Positions 51,601-64,000 of a stretch of DNA of 64,000 bases are shown one piece after another. Position numbers and translations under genes: made by a program. Numbering within the stretch: position 1 is the first letter of the stretch; each line of letters begins with the position of its first letter. The stretch comes from Mobula hypostoma (lineage: Eukaryota), in the NCBI RefSeq assembly GCF_963921235.1, contig NC_086097.1, positions 117,120,001 to 117,184,000 on the forward strand, in the 5' to 3' direction. Under the pieces are notes generated by a model. That model worked only from the letters and a program-made list of their open reading frames with translations, was not told where the DNA came from and ran no database searches.

Positions 51601-52349
51601 GTGTAACCTTACTAGTGAAGAAACAAGTGGATTGGGTGATGAAGCTTATAACCTCTGGATATAAAAAAAAGATCAGCCATGATTGAATGGTGGAGCAGAC
51701 TTGATGGGCCAAGTGGCCTAATTCTGCTCCTATGTCTTATGGTCTTTTGTGAGATTGTGAAGTGAGTGGATATCAGAAGTAAGAAGCAATTGGGTACCCA
51801 AATCATTCATTGATGTTCAAAAGACTGTACAGCAGAGTGACTTGTGATTGGACAGCCTCAACATTGAACAAGGTAAGAAATATTTTGGACATTTTGGAAA
51901 TGTTTCGAAGGCAGCTCAGTTAGTTGAATTGTATAAAACTTTGGAGCAAGCATGGCAACACATAAGTAAAGGAGTTGGGGAAGAGATCGGAACAAGTGTA
52001 ATAACCAGGGTTCTGTTAAATTCTCCACATGCTCCAGACTTCTTATCCACAACAATACCACAAACCACATATTCTTTTCAGTGTCCTTTTGGTTTAGCAG
52101 ATTTGAATCCTCATTGCACAACGGTGTCATTCTGCAGTCCTCTAGTAGCAGCAAGACACCAGTGGCAAATTCTGTGTCCTACTCTTGCCACCTTTGAAAT
52201 GTCTCCGATTGATCAGATACGATGTAAAAAATATTGAGGGGGCAATCAGTTTTCCACTATTCAGTGATGCCCACAATGTCGTATGGAAATGACTGTGATC
52301 CTACCAGGTAGGTTTGCTACAGCTGTTCGGGAGGGCTTAAGCTAATTTG

Positions 52350-54186
52350 TGTGTGTGTGGGGGGGGGGGGGGTCACGTGACCGGCAACAATAAATATAGA
52401 ATTGAATCAGGTTTTATAAAAACAAGCAAACAAACATTTATTAAACTCTGATCAATAATAGCAAAAAATATTAAAATGACTAATTTAACCAGAAGTTAAC
52501 TGCTGTACAGCAACTCTGGAACAGTTCTTAAAAGGGTAAATGCGAAAACAGTTCTTAAGGTGGTAAATTCGAACACAGTTCTTAGAATGGTAAACTTGAA
52601 AGACCAAGAGATTTATACAGTCAATTAGAAGAGACTTTCCTGAAGTAAAGAATTCCTCAAAGACGTCACATTACTGCTGATCCCAGATGGAACCTGCCTT
52701 GTCCGCAGGATTCACGACGATGGAAATAAAATGGTTTAAAGGAACTGACCTTTTCCTCTGGTAAATAGACACTGCACTGTCCTCCCTACTTTAGTTAGCA
52801 GGGGATATCTCAGTTGCAGGTCACTTTTACTTGAACAAAGATTAAATAAAGGTCGATCCTCTCCAAAACCGCTAAATGATATCAGCTTTACTCGACTCGG
52901 CGAATTCCTGTATTTTGGTAACGTCTTCACTCTCCAATACTACTTACAATAGAAAGTAGAACTCCACTTTAAAACAAAACTGCATCATCAGCAGCAAAAT
53001 GGAATACCTAACACAAAACAAAACTGAAAAACTAATTGCAAACAACAGGAATTCTGCAGATGCTGGAAATTCAAGCAACATACATTAAAGTTGCTGGTGA
53101 ATGCAGCAGGCCAGGCAGCATATCTAGGAAGGGGTACAGTCGATGTTTCAGGCCAAGACCCTTCATCAGGACTAACTGAAGGAAGAGTTAGTAAGAGATT
53201 TGAAAGTGGGAGGGGGAGGGGGAGATCCAAAATGATAGGAGAAGACAGGAGGGGGAGGGATGGAGCCAAGAGCTAGACAGGTGATTGGCAAAGGGGATAT
53301 GAGAGGATCATGGAACAGGAGGTCCAGGGAGAAAGACGGGGGGGGGGGATCCCAGAGGATGGGCAAAGGGTATAGTCAGAGGGACAGAGGGAGAAAAAGG
53401 AGAGAGAGAGAGAGAGAAAGAATGTGTGTATATATATAAATAAATAACGGATGGGGTACGAGGGGGAGGTGGGGCATTAGCGGAAGTTAGAGAAGTCAAT
53501 GTTCATGCCATCAGGTTGGAGGCTACCCAGACAGAATACAAGGTGTTGTTCCTCCAACCTGAGTGTGGCTTCATCTTTACAGTAGAGGAGGCCGTGGATA
53601 GACAAGTCAGAATGGGAATGGGATATGGAATTAAAATGTGTGGCCACTGGGAGATCCTGCTTTCTCTGGCGGACAGAGCGTAGGTGTTCAGCAAAGTGGT
53701 CTCCCAGTCTGCGTCGGGTCTCAACAATCTACAGAAGGCCACATCGGGAGCACCGGATGCAGTATATCATCCCAGCCAACTCACAGGTGAAGTGTCGCCT
53801 CACCTGGAAGGACTGTCTGGGGCCCTGAATGGTGGTAAGGGAGGAAGTGTAAAGGCATGTATAGCACTTGTTCCGCTTACAAGGGTAAGTGCCAGGAGGG
53901 AGATCAGTGGGGAGGGATGGGGGGGATGAATGGACAAGAAAGTTGTGTAGGGAGCGATCCCTGCGGAAAGTGAAGGGAGGGGGTTAGGGAAAGATGTGCT
54001 TAGTAGTGGGATCCTGTTGGAGGTGGCGAAAAACTAATTGCGTCACCAGGGGTCTCCTTTTATATACCTGTTGAGAACAGGTCATCATGTGACCTCACTG
54101 GCGGGAAAATTACATCATGTGACCTCCGCAAGACCATTACATCATCCTCGTAAGACAGTCACAAGATATCTATGAAGTATGTAACG
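52350..54186 (-). mobile_element. Possible LTR-like repeat, split by a Penelope insertion
   Basis: Ends TATGTAAC; TTTATT (~52437) and TTTTATATA (~54058) lie in the order expected for a minus-strand LTR. Left boundary unclear. Confidence 0.4.
53040..54027 (-). mobile_element. Young 5'-truncated Penelope-like element (GIY-YIG region plus terminus)
   Basis: 14-bp TSD GAAAAACTAATTGC (53026-53039 and 54028-54041); hammerhead motif at 53138-53173. Confidence 0.9.
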
Positions 54187-54189
54187 GGG

Positions 54190-56565
54190 TGGATGGAAAT
54201 TAGTGATACTGCTGAAGATGGGGTAGCTGGTTTACAAACAGAGGCTGTGTGTAGTTAAACTGTCGGCAAGGAGAGGCTGATCATAGTGCAAAATGACAGT
54301 GAACAGGATGAGTTCCAATATAAAAAGGGGCCAAATCAAAAAGGGCGATGGATATATGACTGAAGGTGTTGTATTTGAATGCACGCTGTATACAGAATAA
54401 GGTAGATGAACTTGTAGCACAGTGATAGATGGGCAAGTATGACGTTGTGGGCATCACCGAATAATGGCTGAAAGAAGATTGTAGCTGGCAGTTTAAAATC
54501 CGAGAATACACATTGTATTGAAAGGAAAGGTAGGTCAGCAGAGAGGGTGGTGTGGCTCTGTTGGTAAAAAATGAAACCAAATCCTTAGGAAGCGGTTTCA
54601 TAGGGTCAGAAGGTGTAGAGTTGTTATGGATAAAGCAAAAAAAAACCTGCAAGGGTAAAAAAGACCCTGATGGGAGAACGTAGTAAAGATGCTGTCTACA
54701 AATTGTGAGATAGAAAATACATGTCAAAAGGGCAATGTTACGATAGTCATGGGGGATTTCAATCTGCAGGTAGATTGGGAAAATCAGCTTGGTGCTGAAT
54801 TCCAAGAAGGGGAATTTGTAGAATGTCGATGGGATGGCATTTTAGAGCAGCTCGTGGTTGAGCCCACTGGAGGCTCAGCTATTCTGGATTGGGTGTTGTG
54901 TAATGAACCAGAATTGATTAGAGAGCCTAGGGTAAAGGAACCCTTAGTGCAGGGGTCCCCAACCACCGGGCTGCGGACCGCTGTCGGGCCGCGAGGAAAC
55001 GATATGATTTGGCGATATGAGTCAGCTGCACCTTTCCTCATTCCCTGTCACGGCCACTGTTGAGTTTGAACGCACGCGAGGTCATTACCCGCGCGTCATC
55101 CATGTCAGCGCGGGAAGGAGATCAACTCCTCGAGCTTGCAAATGACGGCGGGCTGGAAAGTATGTTTGACATAACATCTCTGCCAGCATTTTGGATCAAA
55201 GTCAAGGCTAAATATCCTGAGATAGCCACAAAAGCACTAAGAACGTTGCTTCCATTTCCAACATATCTCTGCAATGAATGCAACGAAAATTAAATTGCAG
55301 AATAGACTGGACATAAGGAACCCCCTTCGCGTATCGCTGTCTCCCATCACCCCTCGATAGGACCATCTTGTTGCAGGGAAACAAGCCCAGGGCTCCCACT
55401 GATGCAGCGATACTGGTGTGTTGCAATGATTTTATATGTTCATACGGGGGAAATATGTGCTGTGTGTTTAATATCCAAACGTTACTTAGAATGTTATGAT
55501 GCTATTGATTTATATAACCATATCACCATATAACAATTACAGCACGGAAACAGGCGATCTCTGCCCTTCTAGTCCATGCCGAATGCTATTCCCATCTAAT
55601 CCCACCGATCTGCACTCAGCCCATAACCCTCCATTCCTTTCCTGTCCATCTAGCTATCCAATTTTTCTTTAAGTGATAATATCGAACCTGCCTCTACCAC
55701 TTCTGCTGGAAGTTTGTTCAACACTTACTTCAAGCTCTCCTGTCCTTCCCTCATAATTGACTTATCGCTATATTCATGCGAGGAAAATATGCGCTGTGTG
55801 TTTAATATTAAATTCGTTAGATAAACCCTTTTAGAAACGAAAGTGAATGTATTAGCCATTTATCACCTATATTCCGGTTGTGACTAACACCTGCCCCCCC
55901 CCCCGCAAACAGAATCGGCAAAAGCGATTTGTAGAAAAAAAATCGGCACGTACACAAATGCGCAAGTCATGCATGCGCACTTGTGTCCGCGCAAGGCTTC
56001 ATGGTCATTGTAGTCTATCTCTGGGTAAACCCAACATATTTGACTGCTACTCTTGTCCGTTGGCAACCCTAACCCCCCACCGGGGTCGGCCGGTCCGCAA
56101 GAATATTGTCGATATGAAACCGGTCCGCAGTGTAAAAAAGGTTGGGGACCCCTGCCTTAGGGAACACAGCAATCATAATATGATAGAATTCATCCTGCAA
56201 TTTGAGGAGAAGCTAAAGTCAGATATATCAATAGCACAGTGCAGTAAGGGGAATTACAGAAGCATGAGGGAGCAGCAGGCCAAAATTGATTGGAAGGGGA
56301 CAGTAGCAGGGATGATTGCACAGCAGCGATGGCTGGAGTTTCTGGCCGCAACTCGGAAGGTGCATGATAGCTGCATCCGAAAGAAGGAGGAGTGTTCTAA
56401 AGGCAGGATGGTGTAACCATGGCTGACAAGAGAAGTCAACATAAAAGCCAAAGACAGTATATATAAAAGAGCAAAAAAAAATAGTGGGCAGTTAGAGGAG
56501 TGGGAAGCTTTTAAAGACCAACAGAAAAAAAGTCACAAAAAAAGGAAAAGATGGAATATGAAGGA
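54190..56565 (+). mobile_element. CR1 ORF2 endonuclease-region remnant, split by a hAT element
   Basis: YLNAR, VMGDFNLQVDW, ILDWVLCN, then HNMIEF after the insert. Confidence 0.82.
54950..56154 (+). mobile_element. Non-autonomous hAT (Charlie/Buster-like) element
   Basis: Perfect TIRs CAGGGGTCCCCAACC / GGTTGGGGACCCCTG; 8-bp near-TSD CCTTAGTG / CCTTAGGG; transposase C-terminal remnant FWIKVKAKYPEIATKALRTLLPFPTYLC..KQAQGSH*. Confidence 0.9.
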
Positions 56566-58109
56566 TGGGGAGAATGAATTCTGCCAGGTCATCATGGGCT
56601 GATCCATTTCCTTCAGCCCCAATCTCCTGTCTTCTCCCCATTTCCCTTCATGCCCTGACTAATCAAGAATCTATCAACCTCCACCTTAAATATAAACCAA
56701 CGACTTGGCCTCCACAGATTCAGCACCCTCAGGCTAAAGAAATTCCTCCTTATATCTGTTATAATTGGACGTCCCTCTATTCTGAGGCTGTGTCCACTGG
56801 TCGTAGACTCCCCCACCATAGGAAACATTTTCTCCACATCCACTCCATCAAGGTTTTTGACCATTCGATAGGTTTCAATGAGATCTCTTCATTTCAATAA
56901 AGGGCTTGGCCTTAATTTGTAACTGCAGTGTCAATTAGGAATTTGGTAATAGATACCAGGACTTGTGATCAGGTAGAACTTATTATGAAGGGTCACTGCC
57001 TGAAATGTTGACTGTACTCTTTTCCATAGATGCTGTCTGGCCTGCTGAGTTCCTTCAGCATTCTGAGTTTGTTGCTTGGATTTCACGTATCTGCAGATTT
57101 TCTCTTGTTTGTGGCTCACTATAGGTTAGTTGTTAAACCTAAATCTCCAACAGATAGTTTACATGTTGCAGCATCAAACAGATTCACTTAACTGTGATGC
57201 TGGAAAAGCTCGCCGGTATATTCATTCTGGCAAAGGTAGTACAACCTCGATGTTTTCCACCTTAATGCACAGTCATAAAGCACTTTAAACAATCAGAATT
57301 CCTAATGGTGTTTCTCATACAACTTTAAAATATGCAGATTACTGTATTTTGATAGCAAATGACTGACAAGTGATTAGTGCTTCTGCTGAAATCAAATGCA
57401 GATTTTTACAGTCAAGCAAAACCAGGTCAAGCTTACACTTGTCCTGCCACTCAGCATGATGTTTGCACTGGAGCTATGTGATGTCTACTGGCTATTCTTA
57501 CAGACAGGTGTTTTGTTGTTGAGAATTCATGTTGAAATAATTCGAAGCTAACAGAAAAACTTCCCTAATAAAAGCTGGACTGGTCTAACATTGTGAACAT
57601 TCATGAAGAACTTTGAAAGTTGAGAGCCTGATTCAGTCCAGAGTCTAGAGAAAATTAGGTGGTGAATTATATACAAATAGAACCCAAAACCCTTTCAAAA
57701 GCTGGCTAAAATGCATTGAGGGTAGTCATCTTGACAAGATTAGTGGGTAAAAGGTATTTTGTGAGCTAAGCTCTTTACCCATTGGGAAATACATGTAACT
57801 TAGGATGGAAATACTACCTCCGCTAACAGCTCCATTATCTACTTGTTACCAATTTGAGTCCTGACCATCTTTTTTCTCGCGTTATAACCTAGAATCATTT
57901 CAATTGATAGTTACTAAACTTCTCCAATATATCAATAATCTTTCACATGTCCTGTGTTCAAAGTTTCATATTTTATCCCAAAAATTAATTCCATCAACAA
58001 TCACCACTGCTCTATTTTGAATTTTAACCAAAAACATTTGAGATGTATCTCAGTTCTCAGTAAACTTATTTTATTTTGTTTTGTACTCACCATGGTGGTC
58101 GTCCATCAT

Positions 58110-60890
58110 AAGATCACAAGACCATAAGATATAAGAGCAGAAGTAGGCCATTCAGCCCATTGAGTCTGCTCTGCCATTCAATCATGGGCTGATCCAATTT
58201 TTCTAGTCATCCCCACTCCCCTGCTTTCACCCCATACCCTTTGATGCCCTGGCTAATCAAGAACCTATCTATCTCTGCCTTAAATACACCCAATGACTTG
58301 GCCTCCACAGCTGCTCATGGCAACAAATTGCACAGATTTACCACCCCCTGAGTAAAGTAATTTCTCCGCACCTCAATTCTAAATGGACGTTCTTCAATCG
58401 TGAAGTCGTGCCCTCTTGTCCTAGACTCCCATACCATGGGAAGTAACTTTGCCATATCTAATCTGTTCAGGCCTCTTAACATTCGGAATGTTTCTATGAG
58501 ACCCCCCCTCATTCTCCTGAACCCCAGGGAATACAGTCCAAGAGCTGCCAGATGTTCCTCATACAGTAACCCTTTCATTCCTGGAATCATTCTCGTGAAT
58601 CTTGTCTGAACCCTCTCCAATATCAGTATATCCTTTTTTAAAATAAGGAGCCCAAAACTGCCTACAATACTCCAAGTGTGGTCTCGCGAGTGCCTTATAG
58701 AGCCTCAACATCATTTCCCTGCTCTTATATTCTATACCTCTAAAAATGGATGCCAACATTGCATTCGCTTTCGTCACCACCGACGCAACCTGGTGGTTAA
58801 CCTTTAGGGTATCCTGCACAAGGACTCCCAAATCCCTTTGCATCTCTGTATTTTGAATTCTCTCCCCTTCTGAATAAAAGTCTGCCTGTTTATTTCTTCC
58901 ACCAAAGTGCATGACCATATACTTTCCAACATTGTATTTAATTTGCCACTTCTTTGCCCATTCCTCTAAACTATCTAAGTCTCTCTGCAGGCTCTGTTTC
59001 CTCAACACTGCCCGCTCCTCTAGTCCAGAACTAGAGGCCACAGTTTAAGAATAAGGGGTAGACAATTTAGAACGGAGTTGAGGAAAAACTTTTTCACACA
59101 GAAGGTTGTGGTTCTGTGGAATGCTCTGCCTCAGAAGGCAGTTGAGGCCAATTCTCTGGATTCTTTCAAAAAAGAGTTAGATAGAGCTCTTAAAGATAGC
59201 GGAGTGAAGGGATATGGGGAGAAGGCAGGAAAAGGGTACTGATTGTGGATGATCAGCCATGATCACAGTGAATGGTGGTGCTGGTTCGAAGGGCTGAATG
59301 GCCTACTACTGCACCTATTGTCTATTGTCTATTGTCCTCCACCTACCTTTGTATCATCGACAAATTTAGCCACAAATCCATTAATCCCATAGTCCAAATC
59401 ATTGACATATACCATAAAAAGCAGAGGTCCCAACACCAACCCCTGTGGAACCCCATTGGTAACCGGCAGCCAGTCAGAATAGAATCCCTTTATTCCCACT
59501 ATCTGTTTTCTGCCAATGTTCCACCCATGCTAGTGATTCCCCTGTAATTCCATGAGATCTTATCTTGCTAAGCAGTCTCATATGCGGCACCTTGTCAAAG
59601 GCCTTCTGAAAATCCAAGTACACCACATCTACTACATCTCTGTTGTCTACCCTGATTGTAATTTCCTCAAGAATTGCAGTAGGTTTATCAGACAGGGTTT
59701 TCCTTTCAGGAAGCTATGCTGGCTTTGGCCTATCTTGTGATGTCAGGCTAATAGGTCTATACTGATCTTTCTGCTGCCTCCCACCCTTCTTAAATAGCAG
59801 AGTAACATTTGCAATTTTCCAGTCATCTGGTACAATGCCAGAATCTATCGATACTTGAAAGATCATTGTTAATGCCTTTGCAATCTCTCCAGCTACTTCC
59901 TTCAGAACCCAGGGGTGCATTCCATCAGGTCCAGGAGATTTATCCACCCTCAGACCATTAAGCTTCCTGAGCGTCTTCTTAGTCATAATTTTCACTGCAC
60001 ATACTTCACTTCCCTGACACTCTTGAATGTCCAGTATACTGCAGACGTCTCCCACTGAGAAGACTGTTGCAAAATACGCATTCAGTTCCTCTGCCATCTC
60101 TGCATCTCTTATTACAATATCTCCAGTGTAATTTTGTATTGCTCCTATATCTACCCTTGACTCTCTTTTACTCTTTGCATACTTAAAAAAGCTTTTAGTA
60201 TCTTCTTTGATGTTAGTCAATAGCTTCCTTTCATAATTCATCTTTTCCTTCCTAATGACCTTCTTTGTTTCCTTCTGCAAGTTTTTAAAAGCTTCCCAAT
60301 CCTCTATCTTCCCACTAGCTTTGGCTTCCTTGTATGCCCTCTCTTTTGTTTTTACTTTGGCTCCGACTTCACTTGTCAGCCACAGTAGTGTCCTCCTTCC
60401 ATTCAAAAATTTCTTTTTATTTGGAATATATCTGTCTTGCATTTCCCTCATTTTTCACTGAAACTCCAGCCATTGCTGCTCTGCTGTCCTTCCTGCTCGT
60501 GTCCCCTTCCAGTCAACTTTGGCCAGTTCCCCTCTCATGCCATTGTCATTTCCTTTATTCCACTGAAGTACTGACACATTGGAATTTAGTTTCTCTTTCT
60601 CAAATTTCAAAGTGAACTCAATCATATTGTGATCACTGTTCTCTCAAGGTTCCTTAACCTTAAACTCTCTTGTCACCTCTGGATCATTGAACAACACTCA
60701 ATCCAGTACAGCCGATCCCCTAGTGGGCTCAACAACAAACTGCTCTGAAAAGCCATCCCTTAGACATTCTACAAATTCTCTTTCTTGAGGTCCAGTATTG
60801 GCCTGGTTTTCCCAATCCACTTGCATGTCAAAATCCCCAACGATAATCATGAAATTGCCCTTCTGACATGCCTTTTATATCTCCTGCTGT
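58110..60890 (-). mobile_element. CR1 LINE (EN end, RT, 3' tail) with a nested plus-strand CR1 tail (59021-59334)
   Basis: DKSPGPDGMHP, YRPISLTS (followed by an internal deletion), RPHLEYC, WESRTRGH. The nested piece matches 9860-10170 and is flanked by TCCTC. Confidence 0.9.
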
Positions 60891-62229
60891 AATTTCCAAT
60901 CATATCCAACAACGATGGGAGACCTGTGCAGGAGAGTTTTTAAAAGTGAAAAAGCCTTCCCACTGGGGCATTTCTACTCTCTCAACCTCGGAAACCTGGT
61001 CCAGTGGTACTAGTAGTCATCACAAACTGAGTCTTCCTTGGTTGCAGTGGATGACCACAATTTTTTCCGTGGTTTGTCATGCCCTTCGCTCTCCATGAGG
61101 TGTTCCAGAACAGCTTTCCTAGGCATTGAATCTCACCACTGATCTCATCCACCCAGTCTCCTGGAGCTGACTTCACATGATAGGAGAGGCATTCCCTGTC
61201 TCACCAGCGTATGAGGCCGCTAGCTACCCACACCTGAATTAGCCAACCTGTACTGCGGTGTGTCCATTGTCGTATGCAAACACAGGTGAGCCACAGGTGA
61301 GAGCTGAGTGTTTGGAGGCGCCCAACTTTGAGTGAGCTTCCCCAGAACGGACTCCACAAGTTTCCTGGGACACCCAGTAGACCCCTATACTCACCAATGA
61401 ATATTAAAGCATAGTGATAAAACAATTCCCTTTTCAAATTTCCCAGCTCAGTCTAGAACTACTAGATGCAAACTTCCTTCTGTTCTACCTCACCAACATC
61501 GCTTGTCTTCATCTTCAGAAGCCCCCTTCTCTGTTTCATTTAATATCGTTATTTTCTTCATCTGGAGGAGTGAGATTTTCAATGACTTATGAATAAGCTC
61601 TTTTTCTGTGAGTCAGATGTCTGGTTATTAGGAGGTCTCTGCAACAAAACACTTATCTGTGAGCATAACTAGTGGGAGGCTGTTAGATTGCTGACATTTA
61701 AGGAAAAGCAAATCTCACAATGGGTCCTCACAACCAATGATGTAAAACCTCATCACGTTAGTTCAGTCTGGATTTCAACCCGAGTCAGGATTGAATTGAC
61801 AGTGTCCCACCGAAGGTCAACTCTCCCTTGATGAACCCACTGATGACATCACATTGACGATATATGTTCAATGCATAATCAATAACCAAGCAAAATATTT
61901 TTTTTGACTGCCAATGTTCTTTTCTTTTTTCATTCAGCTGATGACATTATGCCTCAGTGGTGACAGTAGCTAGACTCAAAATCACTATGTCAGGACAACA
62001 ACCAATTGGTATTTATTTTTAAGTTATACGTTTACTATTTTATATCGGTGATTGATAGTAACTGATTAACTTACCAAGCTGAGTGACAGAACTTTGCACA
62101 GATTTTACTTCTAGCAACAGACAGAGGGACATTAAGTAGACATAATGATGAATAGCAGGAGGCAAGACTGAAGTACAAGAGAAGGTGATCTTGTAAAAGC
62201 TGAATTTTGCAGCAGAGTGCCAACTCTGA

Positions 62230-62810
62230 ACACAAGAGATTTGACAGGTGCTGGAAATCCAGAGCAACAAACTCAAAATGCTGAGGGAACTCAGCAGATA
62301 ATTCAGCATTCATGAAGACGAATAAACAGTTGAAGTTTCGGGTTGATACCCTTCACTAGAACTGGGAAGGAAGGAGGAAGAAGCCAGAATAAGAAAGTGG
62401 GGGTGAAAGGAAGGAGTAGATGCTGACAAGGGTTTGGAGGAAGAAAAAGCAAATCAAGGTATGGAGGAAGGCAGCTACATACAGGAGGATAGGGGGGAGA
62501 TGAAGTGAAAAGCTGGGAGGTGATAGGTGGAAGAGGAAAAGGGATGAAGAAGGAATCTAAAAAGAGAGGAGAGGAAAAAAGGAAGGAGAAGGGTCAACAG
62601 AGGGAGACGATGGGCAGGTAAGGAGAAGAGATGGAGGTACGAGGGGAGGCAGAGAATTGGAAATGGCAAAAAAAGGAGGAAGGGAAGCGGGTAGAAATTA
62701 TTAGAAGTTGGAGAAATCAATGTTCATGGTATCAAATTGGAGGCTATCCAGATAGAATATGAACTGTTACTACTCTAACCTGAGAGTGGCCTCATTGTGG
62801 CCGTAGAGAC
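62230..62810 (-). mobile_element. Old Penelope 3' fragment
   Basis: CAAAATGCTGAGGGAACTCAGC signature, purine-rich tract, and similarity to 53480-53590. Confidence 0.7.
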
Positions 62811-62815
62811 TGTAA

Positions 62816-63245
62816 AGGCTGATTTACACTTGTGCGTACGGGCTACTCCGTAGGCCTGATTTATACTTTTGCGTAACCCTACGCTGTAGCGAGCATACGT
62901 AGTTGTGTCTATGTCGCTCTGCAATTCACCACCAAAACGCTAGTTGGTGGTGGGGTTTCTATGCCACTGTGTTGAGTTTCTTCATGAGAGACAAGGACGA
63001 GGAAATGCATTTCAAATATTTTCAGATGTCGGCAGGTAGATTTGACGATTTGGTTCATCGTTTCCAACCATTTATTTTGCATCAGTGTACAGACATGGCA
63101 GAGAAAAGCAACCGGAAATGAGATGCTACCAAGCAGACCAATCACAGTTGTTGCGGTCTGCGTCGCCGCGATGCGTGAGTTACATTTTTGGGGAGGTGCA
63201 CGTCACCCTACGGCATACATTTGACGCAGAAATATAAATTGGGCT
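62816..63245 (+). mobile_element. PIF/Harbinger-derived non-autonomous element
   Basis: Imperfect TIRs AGGCTGATTTACACTTGTGCGT / ACGCAGAAATATAAATTGGGCT between TAA and TTA; internal [24 protein letters not shown] resembles the Harbinger transposase N-terminal YFRMS motif. Confidence 0.7.
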
Positions 63246-63814
63246 TTAGTCTAGTTGAGTTGGAGGCATGCAATTCAATTTGTTTTCACTATCTGGACAT
63301 AATGCTGTCATTTGACACAAGGATCAGTAGTGAAGGAATATTTTGGAGATTCCAGACTCTTTGATGCTTGAGTACCTGACAACCTGCAGATAGCGATCAT
63401 GTAGGCATGCTTTAGACCAGTATAGATTTCTGTGGCTGTGACTTTCATCCAGAACAAATTTCTCAATGGATTTCACCTTGAATATCTCAGCAATCTGAAT
63501 TTATTGAGCAATAGGTAAGTTATGATTCCATAACCTAGTATAGGGACCACTGCACAGTTGTCTGGCTCTACTATGCGGGCAAGTGGTATGAACTACCACA
63601 AATGTGTGCTGCAAGTTTTCGAACAAAACTTTATTAGTAACATTTTAAATTCAAGATTGTTTAATGTCATTTCCAGTACACAAGGGTGAAGGAGAACAAA
63701 ATAATTATTACTCCAGATCTGATGTAACATAAAGTAAAACACAATAAGATAAAGAAAAAATAATAATAATAAAAGACAGAATAAATATAAATATGCAAGA
63801 TAACTTATATATGT

Positions 63815-64000
63815 AACACACATCAAAGTTGCTGGTGAACGCAGCAGGCCAGGCAGCATCTCTAGGAAGAGGTACAGTCGATGTTTCAGGCCGAGACCCT
63901 TCGTCAGGACTAACTGAAAGAAGAGCTAATAAGAGATTTGAAAGTGGGAGGGGGAGGGGGAGATCCAAAATGATAGGAGAAGACAGGAGGGGGAGGGATG
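63815..64000 (-). mobile_element. Penelope terminus (runs off the window)
   Basis: Near-identical to 16590-16775; hammerhead motif at 63876-63911. Confidence 0.88.

Noticed and set aside
51848..52237. 129-aa ORF in apparently unique DNA
   Set aside because: Non-ATG start, no recognisable motifs, no supporting splice structure.
1..64000. CRISPR arrays, rRNA/tRNA genes, prokaryotic operons
   Set aside because: None seen; the tRNA-like boxes are SINE heads and the sequence is eukaryotic.

Overview
This is repeat-dense eukaryotic (vertebrate) DNA. The repeat set (CR1 LINEs with esterase ORF1, Rex1/Babar LINEs, V-domain tRNA-SINEs resembling HE1, Penelope-like elements) points to a cartilaginous fish, probably a ray; that taxon call is inference. 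Most of the window is nested, mostly dead transposable elements: CR1, L1/Tx1, Rex1, Penelope, a Gypsy pol remnant, solo LTRs, and Tc1, hAT and Harbinger derivatives. I cannot identify any complete host gene. Most notable observations: (1) a young L1 with an open 814-aa ORF2 remnant and a clear twin-priming 5' inversion (7-bp TSD, primer microhomology); (2) minimal type I hammerhead ribozyme motifs in the Penelope termini, one with an intact core; (3) a decayed Ig/TCR V-segment-like sequence abutting a 12-spacer recombination-signal-like motif at 30781-31082; (4) a decayed ~5-kb inverted duplication centred on a (TG)n tract; (5) scattered minus-strand exon candidates, including a transmembrane-like one. 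I see no convincing evidence of a wholly new biological system. Boundaries of old repeats are approximate and were read by eye.
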